Positions 1 through 9,138 of a stretch of 64,000 nucleotides of DNA are shown here, piece after piece (position 1 is the stretch's first letter; each line of letters opens with the position of its first letter). Origin of the DNA: Candidatus Omnitrophota bacterium (GTDB taxonomy: Bacteria > Omnitrophota > Gorgyraeia > Zapsychrales > Zapsychraceae); assembly GCA_020053475.1 (NCBI GenBank), contig JAGVNC010000028.1, forward strand, positions 551 through 64,550. Direction: 5' to 3'. The notes under the pieces are model-generated. The model saw only the letters and a program-made list of their open reading frames with translations. It had not been told where the DNA came from and ran no database searches. Position numbers and translations under genes: made by a program.

Positions 1-1835
1 ATATCCGCCGAGAGTTTGGCTTCATACTGAAGGACCGACTTGTATTGGTCAAGATAGGTGTCATTCCGGGACTTTAATTCCGTTTTATTTAAGACTCCCT
101 GTTTTTCAAATAGCTTAGCCACATTAGGATCATCATTAAGGGCCGCTAAGGCTTCGGGCGTGCTAACTAAATTAGGAAGGCCTCTTTTCTTGGCTTCTTT
201 GACCCATTCTTCGGTGTAGTTATCACCGTTAAAGATGACCCGTTTATGTTTTTTGATAATGTCTGAAAGCGTTTTTTGAACAGCTTTATTAAAATCTTTC
301 TTATCTTTTTTGGCTTGTTCAAGTTCGTCACAGATCTCATCGACGGCCTCAGCAACGATCGTATTTAATATAATGTTGGCACCCGCTAAACTCATCCCGG
401 ATCCGACGGCTCTAAACTCGAATTTGGATCCCGTAAAAGCGAACGGGGATGTTCTGTTACGATCCGAAGCGTGGCGAGGTAACGCCGGTAGCGAATCAAC
501 GCCGACTTCCAACGAACCGCCTTGTTTCGTGCTCTTCGCTCCGCCTTTTTCGATCTGTTGGATAATATCCATCAGCTGTTCGCCCAAATAAATGGAGATG
601 ATGGCGGGAGGCGCTTCATGCGATCCTAAACGATGATCATTGGCAGCCGAAGCGACAGAAGCTCTTAACACATGAGCATACGTGTCGACAGCTTTGATCA
701 CGGCACATAAAAAGATTAAAAATCTCTCATTTTCATGAGGATTGTCGCCGGGAGATAACCAGTTCTTGCCATCGGGACCGGTCATCGACCAGTTGCAATG
801 TTTTCCGGACCCATTAATCCCGGCAAACGGTTTTTCATGCAAGAGACAAGCGAGCCCGTGTTTTTCGGCCACTTTTTGCATCACTTCCATGCATAACATG
901 TTGTGATCAACGGCCAAGTTTTGATTTTCAAAAACCGGAGCGACTTCATACTGCGAAGGGGCGACTTCATTATGGCGCGTTGTCGTCGGAGAACCAAGCC
1001 TCCACATTTCGCGATCTAAGTCTTCCATAAACCCGATGATCCGCGTTTTAATGGCCCCAAAATAATGATCCGCCATTTGCTGATGCTTGGCTGGTTCCTT
1101 ACCGAACAATGTACGGCCGGTTTGGATCAGGTCGATTCTTTTATTGTAAAATTTACGATCAATTAAGAAATATTCTTGTTCTCCTCCCAATGTTGAATAA
1201 GCTTTGTTGGTGATTTTTAATCCCAACAACTTTGCCAACCGTTCCGCTTGGATGGCGAGAGCCTTGATGGATCGAAGGAGGGGTGTTTTCTTATCCAGCG
1301 CTTCTCCCTTCCAGCCGATGAAATACGTCGGGATACAAAGAGTGGCGCTTTTCACCCCTTCTTTAATAAACGCAGGGCTTGTGGGATCCCATCCGGTATA
1401 TCCTCGAGCTTCAAATGTCGGCCTTAATCCGCCGGAAGGAAAACTAGAGGCATCAGGTTCGCCCTGAATCAGCTCTTTGCCAGAAAAATCAAGGATACAG
1501 CTGCCTTCCCCGTCCGGCTTGACAAAAGAGTCATGTTTTTCAGCCGTAAGGCCGGTCAGCGGCTGGAACCAATGGGTAAAATGTGTTGCGCCCTTGTTCA
1601 GCGCCCAATTCTTCATCGCATCGGCAACTTCATCGGCAATGCTGGGATCCAGTTTCCCGCCATTCTTGATTGTTTCACTGATCGATTTATAGGCTTTTTC
1701 GGATAAATAATTACGCATCGTCTTCAAACTAAAAACGTTTTGACCGTAATATTCCGTTATCGAATTCGCACCTTCCATGCCCTTTTCTCCTTTGCTTGTT
1801 GTAAAATCAATTCCTTGCAATCTCGATGGATTCAT
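1..1835 (-). CDS. glnA: Glutamine synthetase type III (3' end runs off window)
   Basis: Not in the ORF track because it is truncated. Manual translation gives MNPSRLQG...[23 protein letters not shown], then [12 protein letters not shown] and [14 protein letters not shown] (GSIII motifs). RBS AAGGAG precedes the ATG at 1835. Confidence 0.95.
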   Translation of the reverse strand, partial: MNPSRLQGIDFTTSKGEKGMEGANSITEYYGQNVFSLKTMRNYLSEKAYKSISETIKNGGKLDPSIADEVADAMKNWALNKGATHFTHWFQPLTGLTAEKHDSFVKPDGEGSCILDFSGKELIQGEPDASSFPSGGLRPTFEARGYTGWDPTSPAFIKEGVKSATLCIPTYFIGWKGEALDKKTPLLRSIKALAIQAERLAKLLGLKITNKAYSTLGGEQEYFLIDRKFYNKRIDLIQTGRTLFGKEPAKHQQMADHYFGAIKTRIIGFMEDLDREMWRLGSPTTTRHNEVAPSQYEVAPVFENQNLAVDHNMLCMEVMQKVAEKHGLACLLHEKPFAGINGSGKHCNWSMTGPDGKNWLSPGDNPHENERFLIFLCAVIKAVDTYAHVLRASVASAANDHRLGSHEAPPAIISIYLGEQLMDIIQQIEKGGAKSTKQGGSLEVGVDSLPALPRHASDRNRTSPFAFTGSKFEFRAVGSGMSLAGANIILNTIVAEAVDEICDELEQAKKDKKDFNKAVQKTLSDIIKKHKRVIFNGDNYTEEWVKEAKKRGLPNLVSTPEALAALNDDPNVAKLFEKQGVLNKTELKSRNDTYLDQYKSVLQYEAKLSAD

Positions 1836-1880
1836 ACGTTTCTCCTTATCTTTTGAACCTTAACCTCCGGCGGGGGCCTG

Positions 1881-1977
1881 AAAAACAAAAATCCTCTTAA
1901 CATACACGACATGTCGAAGAGGACTTCAATGCCCTACATCTGATTTCGTTGAAATCTTAAAAGCGTCATCGCTTTTT
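1881..1977 (-). promoter_or_regulatory. ANTAR-type hairpins overlapping an intrinsic terminator in the glnA leader
   Basis: Minus strand: AAAAGC-GATGAC-GCTTTT and GGGC-ATTGAA-GTCC hexaloop hairpins. The second overlaps the 5' arm of the terminator CCTCTT...AAGAGG followed by a T tract. Confidence 0.8.
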
Positions 1978-1990
1978 AAAGAATGGTTGA

Positions 1991-2019
1991 AGTATACAAT
2001 TAGCGCCTTTTCTTGTCAA
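1991..2019 (-). promoter_or_regulatory. Sigma70 promoter of glnA
   Basis: TTGACA-N17-TATACT. Confidence 0.85.
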
Positions 2020-2074
2020 GAAATTTTTCTGGAGACACCTAACAAATTTATGGCCATCAACCATTTGTTGATGA

Positions 2075-2117
2075 TTTTTTAGAGGACAGAGGCCGTGAAT
2101 CTCTGTCCTCTAAAAAA
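2075..2117. terminator. Bidirectional intrinsic terminator after glnK
   Basis: TTTTTTAGAGGACAGAG...CTCTGTCCTCTAAAAAA. Confidence 0.85.
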
Positions 2118-2128
2118 CTTTCTTGAAC

Positions 2129-2470
2129 TTACCCGATGGCTTCAGAACCTTCTTCGCCGGTGCGAATGCGGACACATCGCGACATGTCAAGAACGAAAAT
2201 CTTACCATCGCCGATGTTCCCCGTCCTAGCTCCACGAACAATGGCTTTGACGGTTGGCTCAACGAAGTCTTCGTTGACACCAATTTCCAAGCGAACTTTT
2301 CTCAACAGGTTTCCTGTTTCCTTGGCCCCACGGTAAAGCTCCGTGACCCCTTTTTGCTTTCCGTGCCCTAAAACAGGGCTGACGGTAATCAGGTTCACAT
2401 CCGCCTTATAAAGCTCTTTTTTAACATCCTCGAGCCTATGGGGTTGAATAATAGCGATCACTAACTTCAT
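2129..2470 (-). CDS. glnK: PII nitrogen regulatory protein
   Basis: GHGKQKG, T-loop ELYRG and TGNIGDGKIFV motifs; follows amtB. Confidence 0.95.
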   Translation of the reverse strand: MKLVIAIIQPHRLEDVKKELYKADVNLITVSPVLGHGKQKGVTELYRGAKETGNLLRKVRLEIGVNEDFVEPTVKAIVRGARTGNIGDGKIFVLDMSRCVRIRTGEEGSEAIG

Positions 2471-2527
2471 ATGTCCTCCTCCGATGTTTCCTAATGTTGA
2501 TTGTTGAAATCGGTGGTTTCTTAACGA

Positions 2528-3766
2528 TTAGTCTAGAACGGTATAAGCAACCTCGTGATGTTGGGTCAAGTCAAGGCCGATGGCTTCATCTTTATCAGCC
2601 ACTCGAAGGCCCATAACGACATCGACGACCTTGGCGATGATAAACGTCGCAACGAAGCAGTAAACAACCGTAATGCCGACAGCAATAAGCTGTTTAGCCA
2701 CTAGCCCAGCGTTGCCGTAAAATAACCCATCGGCTCCGGCGGGATTAATCGTTGTTGTGGCAAATAATCCGGTTGCAATGGCCCCCCAGGCTCCTCCAAT
2801 GCCATGGACGCCAAAGGCATCCAGAGAATCATCGTAGCCTAACTTAGGTTTCACCACACCTACCGCAATAAAGCAGAACACACTAACTAATAAACCAATC
2901 ACAATGGCGCCCATCACGTTGACAAAACCAGCGGCCGGAGTGATCGCAACCAATCCTGCGACAATGCCAGTAACGGTCCCGAACATCGTCGGAGAACCAT
3001 TAAACTTCCATTCCAACAGCGCCCAACTTAACCCCGCCGCAGCAGCAGCGGTATTGGTAACGACAAACGCGCTAACGGCAAGGCCATTGGCGGCCAAGGC
3101 ACTTCCGGCATTGAACCCAAACCAACCGAACCAAAGAAGCGCGGCGCCTAAGACCGTAAAGGGAAGATTGTGCAAGGGCATTGGTTTATTTTCATATCCT
3201 TTTCTTTTGCCTAAAACGATCGCCATGACCAAAGCAGCAATCCCAGCATTGATATGGACAACAGTTCCGCCGGCAAAATCCAAAGCTCCTAAATTACGGA
3301 TAAATCCGCCCACGGCCCAAACCATATGACAAATCGGGGCGTAAACAAACGTTGCCCACAAGACGATGAAGACCAAAAAGGCCGAGAACTTCATTCTTTC
3401 CGCAAAAGCCCCAATAATCAACGCAGGCGTGATGATGGCAAACATGGCCTGGAAGATCATGAAGGCCTGATGGGGAATCGTGGCTGAATAATCCGCATAA
3501 GGTTCTAAGCCGACACCGTTCAATCCCGCCCAGCTCAATCCTCCGATAAAAGAATTGCCCGGACCAAACGAAAGGCTATACCCAAAAAGCACCCACTGCA
3601 GGCTCAACACGCATAATACGGTGAAGCATTGCATCAAAACACCTAAAACATTTTTCCGTCTGACCATGCCTCCATAAAAAAAGGCCAATCCCGGCGTCAT
3701 CAACATGACCAGCGCTGTCGACGCGAGCACCCACGCTGTATCCCCGCTATTAATCACTGCTTCCAT
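2528..3766 (-). CDS. amtB: Ammonium transporter
   Basis: DFAGGTVVH, WFGWFGFNAGS and DDSLDAFGVHG motifs. Confidence 0.97.
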   Translation of the reverse strand: MEAVINSGDTAWVLASTALVMLMTPGLAFFYGGMVRRKNVLGVLMQCFTVLCVLSLQWVLFGYSLSFGPGNSFIGGLSWAGLNGVGLEPYADYSATIPHQAFMIFQAMFAIITPALIIGAFAERMKFSAFLVFIVLWATFVYAPICHMVWAVGGFIRNLGALDFAGGTVVHINAGIAALVMAIVLGKRKGYENKPMPLHNLPFTVLGAALLWFGWFGFNAGSALAANGLAVSAFVVTNTAAAAAGLSWALLEWKFNGSPTMFGTVTGIVAGLVAITPAAGFVNVMGAIVIGLLVSVFCFIAVGVVKPKLGYDDSLDAFGVHGIGGAWGAIATGLFATTTINPAGADGLFYGNAGLVAKQLIAVGITVVYCFVATFIIAKVVDVVMGLRVADKDEAIGLDLTQHHEVAYTVLD

Positions 3767-3797
3767 TGGTTACCTCCTCCTTTTTATCCCTGTTCAT

Positions 3798-3929
3798 TTA
3801 TTGTTCGTTTTTGTTTTTCAACGATGAGACAAACCACTTAAAAACAGCATAAAAACAAACCGCATTCAACATTAAAAGAGAGAATAATAATGATGCTCCG
3901 ATTTTACCCATATGCCCGGCGATAAACAT
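3798..3929 (-). CDS. Small single-TM protein, 43 aa, first gene of the amtB operon
   Basis: AGGAG 7 nt before ATG; MFIAGHMGKIGASLLFSLLMLNAVCFYAVFKWFVSSLKNKNEQ. Below the ORF-track size cutoff. Confidence 0.6.
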   Translation of the reverse strand: MFIAGHMGKIGASLLFSLLMLNAVCFYAVFKWFVSSLKNKNEQ

Positions 3930-3979
3930 GTTTGTTCTCCTATCGTTAAGTGACATTATCATCGCTTGCAGGGGGCTTT

Positions 3980-4186
3980 AAAAAAGAAAAGCCCTCTTTG
4001 AAAGCTACCCACAGCTTTACTCAAGAGGGACTTCAATGCCCATCTTCAAGGCCATTCTTTGTATCGTGATGTTATATCCCGACGACAAATAAAAAATCCC
4101 AACACTTGATCCATTTCCATGCGTTGGGACTTCGATGTCCTTGCTTACTTGAAACCTTCTTTGGTTTCGTAAGACGGCTTTGTCTT
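3980..4186 (-). promoter_or_regulatory. Two tandem ANTAR-type attenuators in the amtB leader
   Basis: Hexaloop hairpins with loops AAAGCC, AAAGAA, ATCGAA and ATTGAA (all A1/G4). Two terminators, each overlapped by a GGAC/GGGC-N6-GTCC hairpin. Confidence 0.85.
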
Positions 4187-4198
4187 TAGAACAGAAAG

Positions 4199-4227
4199 AG
4201 TATACTATCTAAAAAATTGGGTGTCAA
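4199..4227 (-). promoter_or_regulatory. Sigma70 promoter of the amtB-glnK operon
   Basis: TTGACA-N17-TATACT. Confidence 0.85.
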
Positions 4228-4251
4228 GAAAATTTTTAAAATATCCGTTTT

Positions 4252-5493
4252 TTATTTCTTTTGATGCTGAAGCTCATCCATCAGGATAATCGATTCGGAG
4301 ATATCTTTCATGGAACGGCAGGAATCCATGCTCTTTTTGTGAATCAATTTGTAGGCCGCTTCTTCCCCCAGATTGTTTAGCCGCATCAAAATCCCCTTGG
4401 CGCGTTCAACAATTTTACGCGTTTCTAAGGCTTCCTTCGCTTTAATGGCTTCTTCCATGAGTTTAGTGTTCTCAACGGCCACGGCCGCTTGGTTGGCGAC
4501 CATCTGCAAGATATTGATTTCGTCTTCGATAAAGGCATGGGGCGCCTTGGTATAAGTGCTAATAACCCCAATGGCCTTATTCTTCACGATCATGGGGACC
4601 GCCAACATGGATGTCAAATTTTCGCGCACCGCCAATTCACGAAATCGATATTCCTTTTCCTGGCGGACGTCATAAATCGAGATTGGTTTTCGTTCCCGAA
4701 TGACCTTGCCGCTAACACTGTCGTTGACTTTTAAATTAGGCTTCTTTTTATATTCTTCGCTTAAGCTCTGGGTGGCTTTAATGACTAATTCGTTGCCCTT
4801 TTCGTCCAACAACATAATCGAGCAAATCTTGGAATTGAGCATTTCCGCGGTCACAACGACAATCAGATTAAGAATTTCATCCAAATAATCCGGCGAGGTG
4901 ATGGATTGACTGACTTTGTTGAGACTATCAAATTGAAGGGCCTTTTTTTTCGTTTCTTCATAAAGATGGGCATGGGCGATGGTTCCGCTGATCTGCTTGG
5001 CAATCAGGGAAAGCAAGCTAATGCTGCTGGGGGTATAATCATGGGGCTTTTTGTGCTGGACGGTAACAACACCAATGGCGTTTTTTTTATACACAATCGG
5101 TACCGAAAGAAAGGCTTCGTAGCGATCTTCCGGCAGCACATCAATCTTTTTAAAACGTTTGTCACGATAAGCGCCTTTCTTGATAGCCACAAATTCATTT
5201 TCTTGGGCCACCCAACCCGTGATCCCTTCTCCCGCTTTGAGGATCACCTTGCCCAACTCTTTCTGGTGAGGGATTTTAGACGCCCGCAAAACAAGATTTT
5301 CTTTTTTCTCGTCGAAAAGATAAATAAACACCGAATCCGCCCGTGTCACTTCATTAACGACTTTGACAACTTCATTTAAAATAAAGTCCAAATTCAGCTC
5401 AGAATTGGTAATTTCCACGATCCGTCTTAACACCTTCAATTCTTCCGGCTGGCTGATGCTTAATTTTTTACTTTTTGTGTTTTCTCGGCCCAT
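4252..5493 (-). CDS. GAF-GAF-ANTAR RNA-binding antiterminator
   Basis: Two GAF repeats (GEGITGWVA...FLSVPI; SVSGKVI...MLAVPM) and a C-terminal ANTAR domain (ETRKIVERAKGILM...EEAAYKLIHKKSM). Confidence 0.92.
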   Translation of the reverse strand: MGRENTKSKKLSISQPEELKVLRRIVEITNSELNLDFILNEVVKVVNEVTRADSVFIYLFDEKKENLVLRASKIPHQKELGKVILKAGEGITGWVAQENEFVAIKKGAYRDKRFKKIDVLPEDRYEAFLSVPIVYKKNAIGVVTVQHKKPHDYTPSSISLLSLIAKQISGTIAHAHLYEETKKKALQFDSLNKVSQSITSPDYLDEILNLIVVVTAEMLNSKICSIMLLDEKGNELVIKATQSLSEEYKKKPNLKVNDSVSGKVIRERKPISIYDVRQEKEYRFRELAVRENLTSMLAVPMIVKNKAIGVISTYTKAPHAFIEDEINILQMVANQAAVAVENTKLMEEAIKAKEALETRKIVERAKGILMRLNNLGEEAAYKLIHKKSMDSCRSMKDISESIILMDELQHQKK

Positions 5494-5537
5494 CAGTACC
5501 CCTTGCAATTCCTTGTCGACTATCCTATACTAAGTTA

Positions 5538-5738
5538 ATGAATATCCTTCTCGCCATTGTCATCGTTGCCGGATGCTTTGCCTTCATGGGCATCGGCCTG
5601 CTGTTGGCCAAAAAATCCCTGAAAAGAGGCTGTTCCGTCGATCCTGATGCCTGCGCTTGCCGCAAAGAGGGCAAGGATCCCGCCTCTTGCGATCAAGAGA
5701 CAACAGCGAATTCCCCCAAAACAAATCCCTCAATCTAA
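5538..5738 (+). CDS. nqrM: NqrM-like Na+-NQR maturation protein (probably leaderless)
   Basis: One TM helix then KKSLKRGC...CAC...C; next to nqrF; TTGCAA-N17-TATACT ends 6 nt before the ATG. Confidence 0.6.
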   Translation: MNILLAIVIVAGCFAFMGIGLLLAKKSLKRGCSVDPDACACRKEGKDPASCDQETTANSPKTNPSI

Positions 5739-5797
5739 TATTGGTCATTATACGTCCCTTTAAAAAGATTGCAAGAAATACATCGACGCAACGAGTC

Positions 5798-5840
5798 AAA
5801 AAAACAAACCCCGCTAGAGAACGAGTCTCGGGCGGGGTTC
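5798..5840 (-). terminator. Intrinsic terminator after nqrF
   Basis: AACCCCGC...GCGGGGTT stem with a T tract on the minus strand. Confidence 0.75.
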
Positions 5841-5860
5841 ATTATTTTTCGAGAATCGGC

Positions 5861-7096
5861 TTAACCAAACGAGTCAAAGGCGATCATTTCTTGAGGCACG
5901 CCCAGGTCGCTCAACATTTTTTGGACGGCCGCGATCATCAGGGGCGGCCCGCACAAATAGTACTCAATCTCCTCCGGCTCTTCATGGTTCTTAAGGTATT
6001 GCTCATAAACGACTTGATGAATAAACCCTTGATACCCTGTCCAATTGTCTTCCGGTAATGGTTCGGAAAGAGCGACATTATATTTAAAATTGGGGAAATT
6101 CTTCTCAATATTCTCAAAATCTTCCGTATAAAACATTTCACGTTTTGAACGGGCCCCGTACCAATACGTCACTTTGCGGTCACGCGTTTTTAATGTATGA
6201 AACAGATGGAATAAATGGCTGCGCATCGGCGCCATCCCTGCCCCGCCGCCGATATAAATCATTTCGCGTTTCGTGTTTTTGATAAAGAATTCCCCGTAAG
6301 GGCCGCTGATCGTCGCTTGATCTCCTGGTTTTAAATAAAAGATATAAGACGAAGCCTTCCCGGGGGGAAGCGACATATCGCGCGGAGGAGGTGTCGCAAT
6401 GCGGACATTGAGCATGACAATGCCCGGCTCGGCGGGATGACTGGCCATCGAATACGCCCTGAAAATAGGCTCATCATTATGGGCCTTCAACGCCCAGAGA
6501 TTATATTTATCCCAATCGGGACGGAATTTTTCTTCGATTTGAAAATTTTGAAACAAAAGGTCTTTATATTCAGGGATGTCAATTTGAATATAGCCGCCGG
6601 CTTGAAAATTTAACGCTTGCCCGGCCGGAAGCTCTAAGACTAATTCTTTAATAAATGTCGCCACATTGCGGTTTGACCTCACCCTGCATTCATATTTTTT
6701 AATATGAAATATTTCATCGGGAATGCGGATTTTAAGATCATTTTTGACCTTCACTTGACAGGATAAACGGTAGTGTTGTTTCTGCATGGCCCGGTTGATA
6801 TGCCCTGTTTCCGTAGGCAAAATATTCCCGCCTCCCTCAAGAACTTGGCATTTGCACATCGCGCATGTCCCGCCACCGCCGCACGCGGAAGGGACAAATA
6901 TTTTATTTTCTGCCAACGTGGATAGAAGCGTTCTTCCGGCAGGAACAACAATCGGCTGAGGATCATCATTAATGAAAATCTTGCAGTCCCCCGCGGCCAC
7001 CACCTTCACCTTAATGAAAGCAATGATTGCGACTAAAAAAAGAATAATCGCCGTAAAGACAACGGTGCTAATGATGACATACTGGTAAAGTGGCAT
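5861..7096 (-). CDS. nqrF: Na+-translocating NADH:quinone reductase subunit F
   Basis: [12 protein letters not shown] 2Fe-2S motif, [20 protein letters not shown]. Confidence 0.97.
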   Translation of the reverse strand: MPLYQYVIISTVVFTAIILFLVAIIAFIKVKVVAAGDCKIFINDDPQPIVVPAGRTLLSTLAENKIFVPSACGGGGTCAMCKCQVLEGGGNILPTETGHINRAMQKQHYRLSCQVKVKNDLKIRIPDEIFHIKKYECRVRSNRNVATFIKELVLELPAGQALNFQAGGYIQIDIPEYKDLLFQNFQIEEKFRPDWDKYNLWALKAHNDEPIFRAYSMASHPAEPGIVMLNVRIATPPPRDMSLPPGKASSYIFYLKPGDQATISGPYGEFFIKNTKREMIYIGGGAGMAPMRSHLFHLFHTLKTRDRKVTYWYGARSKREMFYTEDFENIEKNFPNFKYNVALSEPLPEDNWTGYQGFIHQVVYEQYLKNHEEPEEIEYYLCGPPLMIAAVQKMLSDLGVPQEMIAFDSFG

Positions 7097-7114
7097 CCAA
7101 TAATCCTTGAGCGC

Positions 7115-7729
7115 TTATAATCGAATTCCGGCAAAACACATAAATCCCATCGACATTAACCCCGATAAAAGCATGGTAATGCCCAACCCTCTTAAAGGAG
7201 CGGGAATATTTGAGTACCAAAGTTTCTTGCGGATGGCCGCCATGGAAATAATGGCCAGGGCCCAACCGATGCCCCCGCCCAATCCAAACACGATGGATTC
7301 AAGCAAATTATAATTTCTCTGATCTAAAAATAACGCAGCCCCCAAGATGGCACAGTTGACGGCAATCAGTGGCAAGAAAATCCCTAAAGCGTTATACAGC
7401 GCCGGAGAAAATTTTTCCACCAGCATCTCGACGACCTGCGTCATGGCCGCAATCACGGCAATAAAAGAAATAAAAATAAGGAAACTTAAATCAACGTTCG
7501 GCAAGCCCGCCCATGTTAAGGCTCCTTTGGCCAAGAAAAAATGCTTAATCGCCCAGCACGCCGGTGTACAAATGAGCATAACGAAAATAACGGCAATGCC
7601 AAGCCCCGTGGCTGTTTCGATCTTTTTCGAGCAGGCGATATAAGAACAATTCCCTAAAAAAAACGCCAAAAGGATATTTTCAACGAATATGGCTTTAATG
7701 GCTAAATTCACATAATGAACGACGTCCAT
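7115..7729 (-). CDS. nqrE: Na+-NQR subunit E
   Basis: ALGIFLPLIAVNCAILG; operon order. Confidence 0.95.
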   Translation of the reverse strand: MDVVHYVNLAIKAIFVENILLAFFLGNCSYIACSKKIETATGLGIAVIFVMLICTPACWAIKHFFLAKGALTWAGLPNVDLSFLIFISFIAVIAAMTQVVEMLVEKFSPALYNALGIFLPLIAVNCAILGAALFLDQRNYNLLESIVFGLGGGIGWALAIISMAAIRKKLWYSNIPAPLRGLGITMLLSGLMSMGFMCFAGIRL

Positions 7730-7739
7730 TTTATCCCTC

Positions 7740-8375
7740 CTAGGCGCTTTCAGCGTAACCGGAAATGGCCCGCTGAATCCACACAATAATGCCTAATAAG
7801 AAAAATGCTCCGGGGGCCAGTACCATCATGCCGTTATTGGCGTAACCGTGGGCATACATCCATTGAGGCACCACATGAAACCCTAACAGCGTTCCTGCCC
7901 CAAAAATTTCACGAATGATCCCAATCATCACAAGGATCGCGCTGTATCCCAACCCGTTGGCGAGCCCGTCCAAAAAGGATTTCCAGGGCGGATTACTCAT
8001 CGCAAAGGCTTCTAAGCGGCCCATCACGATACAATTGGTGATGATCAGCCCGACAAAAACGCTCAACTGCTTGCTGACATCGAACATATAAGCCCGCAGC
8101 ACTTGGTCAATCGAAATAACCACGGCAGACACAACCGTTAATTGAACAATGATCCGAATGCTCGACGGGATAAAATGACGCATTAAAGAAATAATAACGT
8201 TCGACATCGACGTTACGATTGTTAGCCCCAAAGACATAACAATCGCTGTTTTAAGTTGTGTCGTTACAGCCAAGGCTGAACAAATCCCTAGAATTTGAAA
8301 TGTTATAGGATTGGCATCCCATAATCCATCCTTAACAATTTTTTGATTCTTTTTTGATAATAACGCTTCGGGCAT
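7740..8375 (-). CDS. nqrD: Na+-NQR subunit D
   Basis: QILGICSALAVT and LSVFVGLIITNCIVMGR. Confidence 0.95.
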   Translation of the reverse strand: MPEALLSKKNQKIVKDGLWDANPITFQILGICSALAVTTQLKTAIVMSLGLTIVTSMSNVIISLMRHFIPSSIRIIVQLTVVSAVVISIDQVLRAYMFDVSKQLSVFVGLIITNCIVMGRLEAFAMSNPPWKSFLDGLANGLGYSAILVMIGIIREIFGAGTLLGFHVVPQWMYAHGYANNGMMVLAPGAFFLLGIIVWIQRAISGYAESA

Positions 8376-8412
8376 ATAACACCTCCATTTTAAAAAAGGC
8401 AATCATTCCGCC

Positions 8413-9138
8413 TTAACTGTTCTTTCTTATTTTACTAAAATACGGCTCATAAAGCTTAATATTCTTATCGAGCATGTCCGTCACGCCAGTTCCTGTAATC
8501 GTGGCGGCTGTAATCCCATCCACGTGATAGTTGAGTTCTTCGCCCTGAAACACATCTTTAGCTTTTCCTTTAACAACGACAATCGGCGTCACCTTATTTT
8601 CCTTGACAGAGAAGACCGTCTTGCCTTTAAAGTTGTTTTGAAACCATTCTTTTTCAATTTCGCCACCTAACCCCGGAGTCTCGCCGTGTTTATAAAAAGT
8701 AACCCCTCTTACCGTCGTTCCATCGACTTCAATCGCTAAATACCCATAAAGCACCGACCACAACCCTTGACCGACAATCGGATACGCATAAGCTAGCACT
8801 TTGCCGTCCTCTTGGTAGATATAGACAGGATGCAAATTCTTTTCACTCTCTTGAATATCCTTCGGCTTCTTGCCCTCAACAATGTTGCCATTCTCATCAA
8901 TAACAATTTCTTGGATTCTAGATTCATAAACCTTAAGGACATCTTCCGGCTTCATTTTCGGGCCCAGAGGCTCCGCAAGCTGAACAGCCTTAAGAATGTT
9001 TTTCTTGACATCAAGCTCCGCGTTCAATTCTTGCTTTGCCCGCAAGCCTTCGGAAACGCCGGAAAGGAGCACAGCGCTAACAACACAAATAATGGTTGCA
9101 AAGACAAATGTGTATGTCGTTTGATTCATTTTAGACAT
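8413..9138 (-). CDS. nqrC: Na+-NQR subunit C
   Basis: HGETPGLGGEI and FMN-attachment site VDGITAAT. Confidence 0.95.
   Translation of the reverse strand: MSKMNQTTYTFVFATIICVVSAVLLSGVSEGLRAKQELNAELDVKKNILKAVQLAEPLGPKMKPEDVLKVYESRIQEIVIDENGNIVEGKKPKDIQESEKNLHPVYIYQEDGKVLAYAYPIVGQGLWSVLYGYLAIEVDGTTVRGVTFYKHGETPGLGGEIEKEWFQNNFKGKTVFSVKENKVTPIVVVKGKAKDVFQGEELNYHVDGITAATITGTGVTDMLDKNIKLYEPYFSKIRKNS

Noticed and set aside
167-1692. Short ORFs listed in the first 1.7 kb
   Set aside because: They are antisense or off-frame shadows of the truncated glnA. The same applies to most short ORFs overlapping housekeeping genes across the window.
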